DNA of 64,000 nt from Piromyces finnis finn (Eukaryota > Fungi > Neocallimastigomycota). The notes beneath the pieces are model-generated. The model did not search any database and was not told where the DNA came from. It worked only from the letters and a program-made list of their open reading frames with translations. The DNA lies in assembly GCA_002104945.1 (NCBI GenBank), contig MCFH01000002.1, positions 186,001-250,000 on the forward strand, read 5' to 3'. Of the stretch, positions 50,840-64,000 are shown one piece after another. Every line of letters begins with the position of its first letter. The first letter of the stretch is position 1. Position numbers and translations under genes: made by a program.

Positions 50840-52388
50840 TTATGAATCTTCATTAAAAACGTCAAAATCTTTTTCTGAAAGTTTTAACTTTTTACTATCT
50901 TCAAGTTTACCTAATCTCTTTTTGTTATAATTAAGATTTTGCATGAACACTTTGTCTTGTAAATAAGTATCAATTACAACAATTATTGGTTCACAAATGA
51001 ATTTTATAAAGTTTATTTGACCAAGAGGTGTATTTTCATTATTTCTATCCATATTTGATGAAACAGCAATACCACGTTCTCTTTCATGATCACCTTGTCT
51101 ATAGAATTCTGTCATAACTCTTTCAATCCAATAAGTATATAATGGCCAAGTCTTTGATGGATTTGATATATCAGCAAACTATATTATATTATATAATATT
51201 ATATAAAAAAATTTAATTAATTGTTATGATAAAATAAAAATATATCTGTATATGATATTATAATTTATATTTGAATAAAAACTAATCTTCGATCCTTACC
51301 TTGATGATAATTTTCAAAATTAGCTCTTTAATTTCGTCATCATTAACATTCAAATTTTCATTATTTAATACCTATTTATTTATTGTGTATATATTAGTTT
51401 TGTTTATATATAATTATACTATTAAAGTCTTTTTTTTTTTTTTTTTAATACAATTTTTAAAAATTGTATATAATATTGATTTACCTTTTCTTTAAACGAT
51501 GTCAAAAGTTGATTATGTTGTGAAAGATCTGTAGCTAATACAAGTTCGATAATTAATTTTCTAATTTTTAGGAAATCTTTTTTCTCAAAGTTCTTTAAGA
51601 AATTATTTTCTGGCTTTAATAAAAGTTCCCAAGCTTTAGCTAAATGATGGTTTTCTAATACACGTTGATCATTATATAAAACAGCCATTTCATCTTGTAT
51701 ATTAATTAAATACTATTTAATTGATATAAATGTTAATATAAGATTAAAACTAAATATATTCAAAATTTTTAAGAAAAAAAGATATTTACGATGTTGCTGT
51801 AACCAGGGTGATCATAATCTAAAAGATATTAATTTATATATATTAAAATAATTTTTATTAAGTAAAAGCTATACTATATAATTACATAAATTAAATATTA
51901 ATATATCTATATTAACCATGAATAATAGCAGCAATATAACAACACATAATATCAATTGTATTGCACATCGACATAATTCTTGGATTTTTTAAAAGATAAC
52001 TCATTGCATGTAAAACATCTGTAGCATGAACTTTATTATGGAATGGTAAGTCATGATAACCTTTTTCAATTAATCCTATAAATCTGTTAAATTCTTTTTG
52101 AGGAATATTTAATTGATTAAACAAATTTTCTTTCTCAAAGATAAATCTAGTTAAGTAATATAATGAGTTATTAACATTCTTTGCATATTCGAAAATATCC
52201 CAGTCCCAACTTTCTATGTTGCTGAATAATTTATTTAAAATTTCAGAATCAACAACACTAATCTTTGGTGCATCGTATTGATCCTTAAATTCATTACCAT
52301 CAATAACAGCAGTATTTTCAATAGAATACTTTTCAACCATATTTTTAGATTTCTTTTAATTATTTTAATTTGATATATAAATATTATT

Positions 52389-52426
<38 letters not shown>

Positions 52427-53763
52427 TTATATTATATTATATTATATACCTTTTCAGTTATAGCATTTGTATCTTTCATAAGCTTTTCTAATAAAGATGC
52501 TTGGAATTTGTCTAATAACATTAAGTCTTGTTGTTCTATTTGTGGTGTTTCCATTACTACTCTACAAATATATAAAGCCTTTTCAGCTGGTGTATTACAT
52601 TGCTCATAATCTTTTTTAATATTTGTATTTATAATTAATTTATTAGAACTTTCTTCCCCTTTACGGAAATCTAAAAATATCCATTTATAAATATATATAT
52701 TGAATAAATAAATTTAATATAAACTTCTTTATAATAATATAATATACCTAGTTTTATTGCGAGTTGTACAAAAGTTATAATAATCTATAATTATATATAT
52801 ATAAATATTATATTAATTTTTTTTATCTCATTTTATAATTATCTATTTAAAAAACATACCAAATAAATTGGAAAGAAATATAAAGAATCTGAATATATTA
52901 AAAACAAACTATTTTTTGAGAATATCCTTTCATTATATACAATTATATATAATATTAATGAAATAAGATTTTCAATTGGAATAATATACATAGCATTATG
53001 GAATGTGTAAATCTGAATTATAAAGTAAGATAGAACTGAAATCCATGATATTTCGTTACTACTGAAAACTAATTTATCACGTAATACAATAAATAATAAT
53101 AAAAGAAATTCTGAACCAAAAGTCCATGGAAATATTTTAGTCATAAATAATGGTTTATATGAAAACCATAATGTTATTCCAAATGGTACAATTGCCAAAA
53201 ATACAAACAATAATATATCTAAACATGTATTATATTTATATAAAGAGCTATTTATTTCTATAAGTTGAATAGGTGCAGCCAAGAATATCAAAAAATAAAA
53301 ACAATATTTTATTAATTCTCTTTGTCTCCATGTGCATTCTTCTAATATTGTATTACTTTTTTATTTATGGTATAAATAATTTTTAAAATAATCATTATTA
53401 TTACAATATAAATATATAAAATTTATGTTAAATATGTAATTTAATGTTAATATTTGTTGTTTGTATTTTATTTCAATGTAATCCACATTTCCATATTTGT
53501 AAATTGTTTTATATCAATTTTTGTTTAAAAATTTTTTTATATATTATAAATTATAAAAAAAAAATAAATTAATATAATCTCGAGGAAATATTAAATTTTT
53601 CTGATAATACATATAAAAGAAGCAAATTTTACATATTTAAAACTTTAATAATTTCTTACCATTTTATATCATTGTTTTTCAATTGACTCATAATTTTATC
53701 TTTAAAATTTTTACTATTCAACCGAGATTTCGATTGTGGTAAATTTATTACAACATCACCCAT
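50840..53763 (-). CDS. Class I cyclic-nucleotide phosphodiesterase with N-terminal multi-pass membrane region
   Basis: Catalytic motifs PFHNKVHATDV, IIHDYDHPG, AVLYNDQRVLENHH, LATDLSQH, KFADISNP and EFYRQGDHERERG. The upstream exon (53291-52857 region) has several hydrophobic stretches. The first exon and start at 53763 are tentative. Confidence 0.9.
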
Positions 53764-55745
53764 TGTATTTTTGTATATTTTATTATTTTCTATAAGAACT
53801 CTCTTATTTTAATGATTGATTTTATTTTTATTTTTATTTTTTATTTTTACTATTATTAATAATTTGTTTGTTTTATTGTTTTAGTTAATTTAATACTCTA
53901 TTTTTATTAATGATATTGATAAAAACCGAGTAATTATATAATTTATTCCGTTTAATAAATCAAAAATGTGTTTTTTTTATATAAATTATTTTAACATAGA
54001 TATATTAGATATATATTTATTAATAATATTCAATATGAACTTTTATGTTATTAATTCTTTTTCTCTTTTTTTCTTTCTTTCTTTTTTTCTTTTTCTTTTT
54101 TTTTTTTTTTTTTTTTTTTGGAACTTCTATCCAATATTTTCATAAGAATATTGAAATAGAGAAATCAGGATATTATGAAAAAAAAAAAGAAAAAAAACCC
54201 TCCTTTATGTAATAATTAACATTCGTCTTTGTTTGATTTATACTATTTTCACCTTTCTTAATATTCTAATATTATTGTTACTGTTGTAATGAAACTAAGA
54301 TTAATATTTTTTTTTTATTTGCAATTTATTTTTTCTTAATTATTTACAATTCTGTTGTTTTGAAAATTAATAATATTTTTTAAAAAAATTTAATAGTAAA
54401 ATATTTTTTGAAATAATAAAAAAAAAGAAAAGTAAAAATAATAATAATATTATTACTAAATATTAATATAAAAATGAACTAAAATAATAAAAATAAAATC
54501 GAGAATGTTATTTAATAATAATTAATAAATCTTAATTTTCTACATTACTTTTTATAATTATGAATTTTATATATTAACATATTAAATAGTAAATATATAT
54601 ATATTTCTCGGTTTATATTAGAAAATATACATTATTATGTTTTTATCACACATAGTATTTTTAAATTTATTATTATATTAACTTATATAATTTATATAGG
54701 AAAGCACTTATCTATTTTCATATAAAGTTTAAAAAATAAAAATGTTTTTTTATAATATATATATTTTTTATTTTTGGAATATTTTTAAATTTTTATCATA
54801 TATATAGAATATTTTTAAAAGTTTCTCTTTATAATACTAATTTTAACAATTATTATTAAATAATTAGATTTTAATTCATTTTTTATAATAGCTTTAAATA
54901 TTAAATAAAATACATTAGAATTTAAAAATATTAAAGTTATTTTTAATATTTTTCTATTTTTTAAAAATAACTTTAATTATAATAAGGAATTATTTAATTA
55001 TCTTTTTTTTCAATAATAACTAGAGTTCTTTTATTGCTAATAATTGTAATAAAATTACAGAAATCTTAAATTATAAAAATATAGGCATATTAACATTAAA
55101 TAATGAATTATGATATATATAATAAATAGTTAAAACTTATTTTTCATATAAAAATATTAGGAATTTCCTAATAATGATTTTTTATCAAGTTTAAAAATGT
55201 AAATATTTGATACTAAAGAATTATAAAATAATATTATGTAAACAACATGATAAAGGAAATATAGGGTTTTAATGATTCTTTTTTTAATATTCATTAGAAA
55301 AATTATTGCAATAATAATATATATAAGATATAAAAATTAATAAAAATTATAAAAGAAAAAAAAGTGTTAATTATTTTTTTTTATTATGGAAATATATTTG
55401 TTTTGCTTCATTATATTTTATATTTAATAAATTATAGATAAAAAATAAACTTATACACAATGTAAAATGTATTATATAATTATTTATATAGTTTCTCTCT
55501 TTTTTTATAGATAAAAAATATATATTAAATATATAATTTTTTATTTTAAACATTAAAAATTACAAGTTATTAAAATTTTAATAAAATATTATTTTTTAAT
55601 CTAATTTATTAATTTAATCTATTTTTTTTATTGGTTAAAAATTAATTTCTTTTTCCTTTTTTTTTTTTTTTTTTTTTTTTTAGTTTTATTTTTATTTTTA
55701 TTTTTTTTTTTTATAAAAATAATATTTTTTTATAGAGTTAAAATA

Positions 55746-57058
55746 ATGAATCAAAATAAATTTTTAGTAATTATAATATGTTTCTTTTTATAATAGCATT
55801 AATATTTACATATATATTAATAGTATTGACAATATTTCTAACAAGAATACTATGCTTATTATTTAAATAAATATGGTAAAAAGATTGTAGGTCTTGGCAA
55901 TCCTGAAAAAAAATTAGAATTTACAAGACATAATGTTGGAAAATATGTATGTTTATATATATATATAATATTAGTTTTATAATTTTTTTTTATTCATTTT
56001 AAATGTAAAACTAAGATAAATTATTGAATAAAAGCTTGTAAATCGTATAGCCGAGGAATATGGTGGGACTGATTGGAAAACTAAAAATTCATATGGAGGT
56101 TCAATAAGTTTATTAAATTATACAGTAAAAGAAATGGAAAATCAAAAAATTAAAAAAAATAAGAAAAAAGAAAAATCTAATGAAAAGACCCAAAGTAAAA
56201 ATATAAACGATAATTCAAATAGTTTAAATTTAATTAATGAAAAAAACCAAATTAGTACAGATATAGAAAAAGAAGATAAAATTGATAAATCACTAAAAGA
56301 AAATAATGATAAAAAAAAGCAGAAAAAAGAAATTACTTTCCAACTATATTTTTTAAAACCAAAATATTATATAAATGAATCTGGAAAAGGTGTATTAAAA
56401 GCAGGTAGATACCAATTCAAGTATATAAAATTAATAATATATATATTTTTTTGTAATGTAAAATTAAACATTAATATCTCAAATATTTAGTTAAAAAATT
56501 CGACATTCCAAGTGAAAATATAATAGTATTACATGATAATCTTGATAAAAAGCTAGGGCATATTCAATTAAAGGAGAGTGGAAGTGCAAAGTATGTTATT
56601 TTAATTATTTATATTTATAATTTAAATATTAAAATTTAATGCAAAAATCTAAAAAATATTATTAAATAATATTAAAGTGGCCATAATGGAATAAGATCAA
56701 TGATAGAATATTTAGAAACTGATGTAACTATTTAAAATTATATTTTTAATATTATTAGTATACAATATTATTGTATTTTATTAATATTATATTATGAAAC
56801 TTTTTAATAACTAAATAGAAATTTTATAGAATAAAAATTGGTATTGACAGACCTCCTAAAACTGAACAAAATAAGTCTATATATTTCAATCTAGTGGGTG
56901 ATTATGTTTTAGAACCATTCAAGGAAAACGAATTTGAAATGATAAATAATGAAATATATAATAGAATACTGGATATATTAAAGGATTTAGCCAATAAGAA
57001 ATTTAACCAAATATGCAATGATTTAAAGGAATCATCAGATCAAAATACTAATTCATAA
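55746..57058 (+). CDS. PTH1: Bacterial-type peptidyl-tRNA hydrolase (Pth1) with a Lys/Glu/Asn-rich insertion
   Basis: Spliced: MNQNKFL|IVGLGNPEKKLEFTRHNVGK, LYFLKPKYYINESG, IIVLHDNLD, SGSANGHNGIRSM, FYRIKIGIDRPP and VGDYVLEPF. The catalytic RHN, HD and GHNG motifs are intact. Confidence 0.9.
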
Positions 57059-57568
57059 ATTAATACCGGCGTATTATTATTATCTATTAAAGAACAAACT
57101 ATCTTAATAATTTTTGTAATAATTCAATATACAATAAAAATTTATTGTTTCTACAGTCTCTACTATTAGTATTATTGGAAAAATAAAAATTTTATTATTT
57201 GAAAAGATAAGACAAATTCATTAAGTTTTTTTAAATTTTAATAATTTATTTATTTATTTATCTATTTATTTATTTATTTATTTGTTTATCTATTTATATA
57301 TTATTTATTTATTTATATATTTATTTATTTATTATAGCTTGTTTTAATAACAATAATAAATATTTGAGAAAATTTCTTATAAAATGTTGAATAGTTGAAA
57401 ATTTAAATATTTTAATATTCTTTTACTTGTCATTTTTTTGATATTTTTCATATATATTAATTTTTTTTAAAAAATTAAAGTTAAATCATGATAATAATAA
57501 CTATGTATCCAATTATAAGAATAATATGGAACATTAATTTTAATTTTATTAAAGTTATATATAAATTG

Positions 57569-57600
<32 letters not shown>

Positions 57601-57819
57601 ATAATATCAATATATATATATATAAAATTAATAAAAGAGTTATTCATTATTTTTTTTTAAAAAATAAAAAATAAAAAAAAAAAAAAAAAAAAAAAGCAAT
57701 AATAACAATCGTTTATCATTAATATTCTATTATTAAGGTGTTATTAAATAAATAATCGTTATAATTAATATAAAAAAAAAATAAGTTTCTAATTCTTTAT
57801 TCTTAATTATAATATTAAC

Positions 57820-57852
<33 letters not shown>

Positions 57853-57997
57853 TCTATATAATCTATAATAGTTATCTACGTTTTGTAGATAATATGATTA
57901 ATTAGTTTAAATTACATCAAATATCTTTTTCCAATATTACTATTATTATTATTATTTATAAAGCGTATATATTTGTAATTGTTTTGAGTAATTTAAA

Positions 57998-60900
57998 ATG
58001 AAAAAAAAGAGTATTAGCTTTTCTCCGATGTCTAAATTTCGGAAGTCCCGAATTCAGCTCGACGAAATTCAACATACAAATGATCAAAAATTAGGCCAAA
58101 TTTTAGATCCAATGCCATCACCTGAAGAAATAAATAAACAATTTGAAAAAGTTTTGGTAAAATAAAATAACGAATTTTAGATATTTTTTTGATAATTGTG
58201 TACAATTACAAATAGATTATTTATTATTATGTATATAAAATAATGATTATTTTATTATATATATTAGCAAGAATTAGCTTTACCTCAGGAAAAAATTGAA
58301 GCATTAAATCGACTTCCAGAAAATAAAAAGTGGCTCATGTTGCAACAACAAATGTTACAACATCAAATGGTACTTTTCCTATAGATTTATTAAAAAATAA
58401 AATATGTAATTAATTACTAAACATTAATTTTCCTAATAAATTAAAAATTCTTTCTTTTTTTTTTTTTTTTTTTTTATAAAAAAAATATTATATAAAAAAG
58501 ACCAGTAATGAAAGTCTAAAAGGAAATTCAGATAAACCTGTAGATTATATTAATGCTATAAAATTATATATAGAAAATGATGAAGAAGAAGCACCAATTA
58601 ATACTATACAAAATTTAGAAGTATCATTAAGAACAGAACCTATTAGGTAATATTATTCAAACCAAGAATTATTAATGGAATAATATAATAATTACACATT
58701 ATTATATAATAAATTACTAACAAATTATTGATGTTAAATTAAAAGTTGGGTTAAAGAATTTTTTGCATATGGTGGACTTCAAGCTATTATTGATTTAATG
58801 TTTAAAGTGTGTAAAAAATTAAAGTAAGAAGAAATAAAATTAATAATTTATATTTATTTATATATATATTAATTTTAATTGATTAATTAATTAATTATCC
58901 TTTTGATAAGTCCAAATAATTTAGAAAAAGAGTTAAGACCACATTGTTTAAGGTGTTATAAATCAATTATGAATCATGGTTTGGGTTTAAAAACTGTTTT
59001 AGATCATAAAAATGCAATTAATGTTTTATCTTTATCATTATCATGGCCAGATCATGCAATGCAATCTTTAGTTATTCAATTACTTGCTTCTGTTGCTTTA
59101 GTTGAGCCTGATGGTCATGGTATAGTATTAAGAGCTATGACATATTATCAAAAACAAATGCATGAAGAATTCAGGTTTCAAAAATTAATGACATTATTAC
59201 AATGTGATGGTGATGATAATTATTCTCCAGAAATGTTAGAATGTCAAGTACGTTAATAATACAATTTAAATAATACTATCAAAATAGTAATTAGAATTTC
59301 AATAACATAAAAATTGTTTTATATTTATTATAATAATTAATTAAAATAAAAAAAAAAGGTTTCTTGTTTAGCATTTATTAATTCAATTATATCCAATGCT
59401 GATAATTTGGAACATAGAATAGTACTATTAGAACAATTTATGGATATTGGATTAATCGATACATTTTCAGTAATACTTATAAAATTATTATTTTTTATTT
59501 TTAAAAAAAAAAGCTAGATATTAATGTTTTTTATAATATAACTATTGAATAAATAGATATTAAGACAATATAATAATCCTGATTTAAATATTCAACTAGA
59601 AACCTTAGAATCTATTGCTCAGCAAGATTTCCAAACTCTTTCAGAAGAAAAAGCATTGAAAAATGTTAATTTATTATATCCTTTTATCTTTAGTATATAT
59701 ATTATATATATATATATTTAAACAAATTATACTCATTATTCCTTAATTAATAATTTAATAATATACTGAGTTGGATGAAGCTTTAAATTTTTTAAAAACT
59801 TCCATTAAAGATAGTAATACTGAATTATGGTTTTTAAGAATAGTTCAAAGTTTGTTATTATTACCTCAAGATAGACACAGAAGGTTTTTTTATTTACATC
59901 AAACAATTAAAAATGACATTTAATAATTTGATTCATTTTCTTTAAATAACAAAATTAACAATATTACTATAATAATTTTTTTTATAAAATTTTAATTATT
60001 ATTTAATGATAAAATTATATATTTATTAAAAAGACCAAAATATTGGAATTTAATCTATTCTTTAATAAATGAAGTTATATTGCAAAGATTTAGTATTGAT
60101 CCAGATGTCAGTGTAATTCAAATGGATGTTGATAATATAATTAGTAAGTTAGTTCAACAGGATGAATATGAAAAGGCCATGACATCAGCTCATAATTTGG
60201 AGAAAATAGTGTCGGAATATGAGGTTAAAATTGATGAATATAAACAATATGTTGATCAAGCGAAAGAATTGGAAGGTATTGTAAAATCTAAAGATGAGGA
60301 ACTAAGAAAAACAAGATATGAAATGCGAATGCTTGCTGAAAAGAAAAAAGAGTCTGATGAAAAGATAGTATTATTGGAAGAATATAAATTAAATATGGAA
60401 AAGAAATTAGATAGAATAAAGAATGAAATGTCAACCGAAAAAGGAGATGAAGAAAAAATAAATGAAAAATTCAAAGAATTAGATTCTAAACTCGAAGCAT
60501 TAAATACTAATACCAATTCTTCTTCTACTCCAGGTATTTTAACCTTCATTAAAATATAAATATTATAAAAGGGAAATGATAATATGAAATAAAATTAATA
60601 TATTTCTAACTATTCTATATAAATATAATTATCATAAATATATGACTATTATTTTTAAAAAAATTAATATAGTTGTAAGTATATAGTTTCAAGAGTTATA
60701 ATTTTAATAATTGTGTAATATTTAAAATTATTATAGAAAATATGAAAAAGTATATTTAATTTTTTTATAATATTTATCATTTTAAAATAGATTAAAAGTT
60801 CAGCTCCTCCACCTCCACCTCCTCCAGTAATAAATGCACCACCACCACCACCTCCTCCAGGAATAAAAGGTGTACCTCCTCCTCCTCCTCCACCAATGAC

Positions 60901-62899
60901 TATGGGAGGTGCTCCACCACCACCACCACTTCCAGGAACAGGTGGTTTACCACCACCACCACCACCAATGAACATGGGAGGTGTTTCACCACCACCAAAT
61001 CGTATATATTCATACTTTTTATTTATTTATTTATATTGATTAATTTTTAAAATATTAATATCATACAATTAAAATTTAGCTAATGGAAAGTTGAAAGTTA
61101 CAACTGGAACCAAAATGAAAGCTGTATTATGGACAAAAATTGCACCAACTCAAATATCAAATACATTTTGGAAAACTGTTTATGAAAAACCAGATATTGA
61201 AGATAAAATTAGAGCTGAAATTGATTTAGATGAATTATGTGAAAAATTCCGTTTATCATCACCAAAGCCAAGTAATTCATCACCACAAAAAAATGCAACC
61301 CCACAGGCAAAATCACCATCTCATGTTTCAGTATTAGACTCAAAGAGAAATAACAATATTTGTATGTTAATATTGGTATTAGTTAAATTTAATAATATAA
61401 TTATTGATTTTTTTTTTTAATATAATATAATTTTTCTATTTTATATTATAATTTACAAATACTCCTTAAAAAAATGATAATACCAATAAACTATATCTAG
61501 CTATTATTATTTCAAGATTAAAACTTGATTATAATGAAATTTCAAAATGTCTTATGAATTTAGATAAAGAACATAAATTACCAGATAATATATTGAAGGT
61601 TTGTTTAACCAATTATCCTACACCACAAGAAGCAGAAGCATTATCAAAATATATATTTGCCAGTGATGAAGAAACTAAGGAATTAAATAAAGCTGAAATG
61701 TTTTTGCTTAATGTAAGCTTTAATATATATTTTATTTAATTAAATTAACTCTATTAAAACTTTTTCAAATTTTAGCTATTAAGAATTCCAAAGTGTCATG
61801 AAAGATTAAAAGCCATTCAATATAAAACTCAATTTACAGAAAGAGTTAATGACCTAAAACCTGTATATATATATTAGCTAAATCAATAATAATATTATTA
61901 TATATAATATCATTAAAAAATGTTTTTATTAATTCAAAAAAAAATAGGATATTTTAGTTATTATTAATGCATGTAAAGAACTAAAACATAGTCTCAAATT
62001 ATCCAAAATGTTAGAAGTAAGTTTAAAATAATATATATAATAATATATTATATTGCATAACTTGTAATTTACTCAAATAATATAACATAATTTTAATATT
62101 AAAACTACCAATAGCTTATTCTTTCAATTGGTAATTATATGAATGGCGACTCTTTTAGAGGAGGTGCATTTGGTTTCAATATAGATCTTTTAACTAAAGT
62201 AAATATAATTTATATATAATACTCTAATATAGAAAAATTATATATATATTCCTTTATTAATATTTTTAAATATAATAGTTACAAGATATTAAAAGTTCTG
62301 ATTCAAAATCCACTTTAGTTAATTACTTAGTTAAAACTGTTCAAAAACACTATCCAGAATTAATGAAAATTGGAGATGATTTACAAACTTTAGAAAAAGC
62401 AAAAAGAAGTATATAAATTTATATTTATATATATAAATATAAATAAAACATAAATTTAAATTAATTATTTTATAAATAAAATTAGTATCTATTAAGAATA
62501 TCGATCAAGAAATTGCAGATCTAGAATGTGGTATGATAAATCTTCAAAAAGAATTAAATATTCAAGATGAAAGTGTTGAATACATTCAATATCGCCAAGC
62601 ATTATCTGTAAGTTATATTAAAAAAATTTTTTTTGTTAATGCCTATAATATTAAATGTTTATAATAAATATAATATATGTATTTATAGGAATTTTTACAA
62701 GAAACAGAACCATTATTTGATGAATTAATTGCACTCAGATCAGAAATGAGAGAATCCTTCAAAGGCATTGTTGAATATTTTGGTGAAGATATAAAAGTAG
62801 CAACATCAGAAGTATTTTTTGGTATTTTTTGGACCTTCCTTAAAGAATTGGAGGTAAATTTACTATATTAATAATATTTAAATTATTATATTATTCTTA

Positions 62900-62987
<88 letters not shown>

Positions 62988-63583
62988 GTTGTTGTTATTT
63001 AATAATAAAATATTATATGGTATATTAAATAAATATATATTTATTATAATTATAATAGAAAGCTGACAAGGAAAACAAAAAAGCAGAAGAAAGAGCCAAT
63101 AAATTAAAATCAGTATATAAGAAACCTGAGGGCAATAATGAAGGTAACGATAAGATAGTCAAGGCCATTGTTCTTGATAGTGAAAATGCTGAAAAGAGAG
63201 GATTAATGGATAATTTAATATCCTCGCTTAAAAATGGGGATGTATTTAAATCAAAAATTAAACATTCTAATGAAGACTATAGCAAAAAACATAAATTATT
63301 TAATATGGAAACTTCAAATATACCTAATAATAATATTAATAATAATGCTGCAAAGGAACTTCTTAAAAATCTTGATAAGGGAAAGTTGTGCTCATCACAT
63401 GACGATATTAGTGAATCTTTGTTATCAGTATCATTAAGTGCTGAACCAACTTCACTAGAAAATAGAGAATCTTCAAATATTTTAAATGATCAAAGCAGTA
63501 GTGAAAATACAAACAATAAATCAGATATTGACGACTGGTTGGAAGAATCAGTAAATAAACTATTAGCAGAAATATCAAAATAG
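57998..63583 (+). CDS. Diaphanous-related formin (GBD/FH3, poly-Pro FH1, FH2, DAD-like tail)
   Basis: GBD/FH3: EVSLRTEPISWVKEF, CYKSIMNHGLG, RFQKLMTLL. FH1: poly-proline at about 60800-61000. FH2: MKAVLWTKI, VLDSKRNNNISILFSRLKL, KAEMFLL, LSIGNYMNGDSFRGGAFGFNIDLLTKLQDIKS, LVNYLV, VEYFGED. Tail: MDNLISSLKNGDVF. Confidence 0.95.
59676..59766 (+). other. U12-type (minor) AT-AC intron, 91 nt, in the formin FH3 region
   Basis: 5' site ATATCCTTTT, branch site TTCCTTAAT (59739-59747), 3' end ATATAC. Removal joins TT+T and keeps the frame (NVNLF-ELDEALNF); read-through hits TAA. Confidence 0.9.
62901..62987. repeat. (ATT)29 microsatellite in a formin intron
   Basis: Perfect trinucleotide run followed by (GTT)3. 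Similar shorter ATT/AAT runs lie near 8690, 24680 and 49210. Confidence 0.9.
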
Positions 63584-64000
63584 AAAAAGTTTTAATAAAC
63601 AATTATTTATATATCTTACTATTCTCAAGAGTTTATTTTTTTTTAAAATATATATATAATGATTATTACTATTATAATATTTAGCCATTAAACAAGAACA
63701 AAAACAAAATAACAAACAAACAAACAAAAAAAAAAAAAAATAGGAAAATAATAAGATATAATAATATATGTAAATTATTAAATATTTTTTATAATCAAAA
63801 AACATTTTGTTTTAATATATATATATATAATTTATGTTTTAATAATCTTTATTACATTAAAATATTTCAATAATTTATATAAAAATCTTTACGATTTTTT
63901 CTTTTCTTTAAAAAAAAAAAAATCCATAATTTAATAAAGTTTTATAAATATGTAAATGAATAATTGAAAAATTTGTAAATTTTTTTAGCCTAAATATTAA

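Noticed and set aside
60664-60975. Gly-rich minus-strand ORF
   Set aside because: It is the antisense of the formin poly-proline FH1 exon.

Overview
Extremely AT-rich, intron-rich eukaryotic DNA. The composition, short AT-rich introns, Asn-rich low-complexity proteins and fungal-type orthologues point to an early-diverging fungus, most likely an anaerobic gut fungus (Neocallimastigomycota); this is an inference, not a database result. I could assemble 14 protein genes by hand: fimbrin, PRP38B-like, glucosidase II beta, U2A', Mei2-like, Laa2/aftiphilin-like (with 27 tandem FGNF repeats), Munc13/Git1-like, an intronless 1684-aa orphan, a VIT1/nodulin-21-like transporter, MIF, a CNPPD1-like cyclin, a membrane-anchored class I PDE, Pth1 and a formin. 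Two ncRNA genes absent from the ORF track are also present: RNase MRP RNA (18894-19284, minus) and U6atac snRNA (25500-~25645, plus). The main result concerns the minor (U12) spliceosome. The formin gene carries a textbook AT-AC U12-type intron (59676-59766; ATATCCTTT ... TTCCTTAAT ... AC). The U6atac copy in the same window has its normally conserved 5'-splice-site-reading box changed from AAGGAGA to GCCGAGA, which loses most of the expected pairing to that intron and allows a new hairpin that covers the catalytic triad. Exon boundaries were read by eye, so gene ends are approximate where stated. No CRISPR arrays, tRNA, rRNA or recognisable transposons were found.
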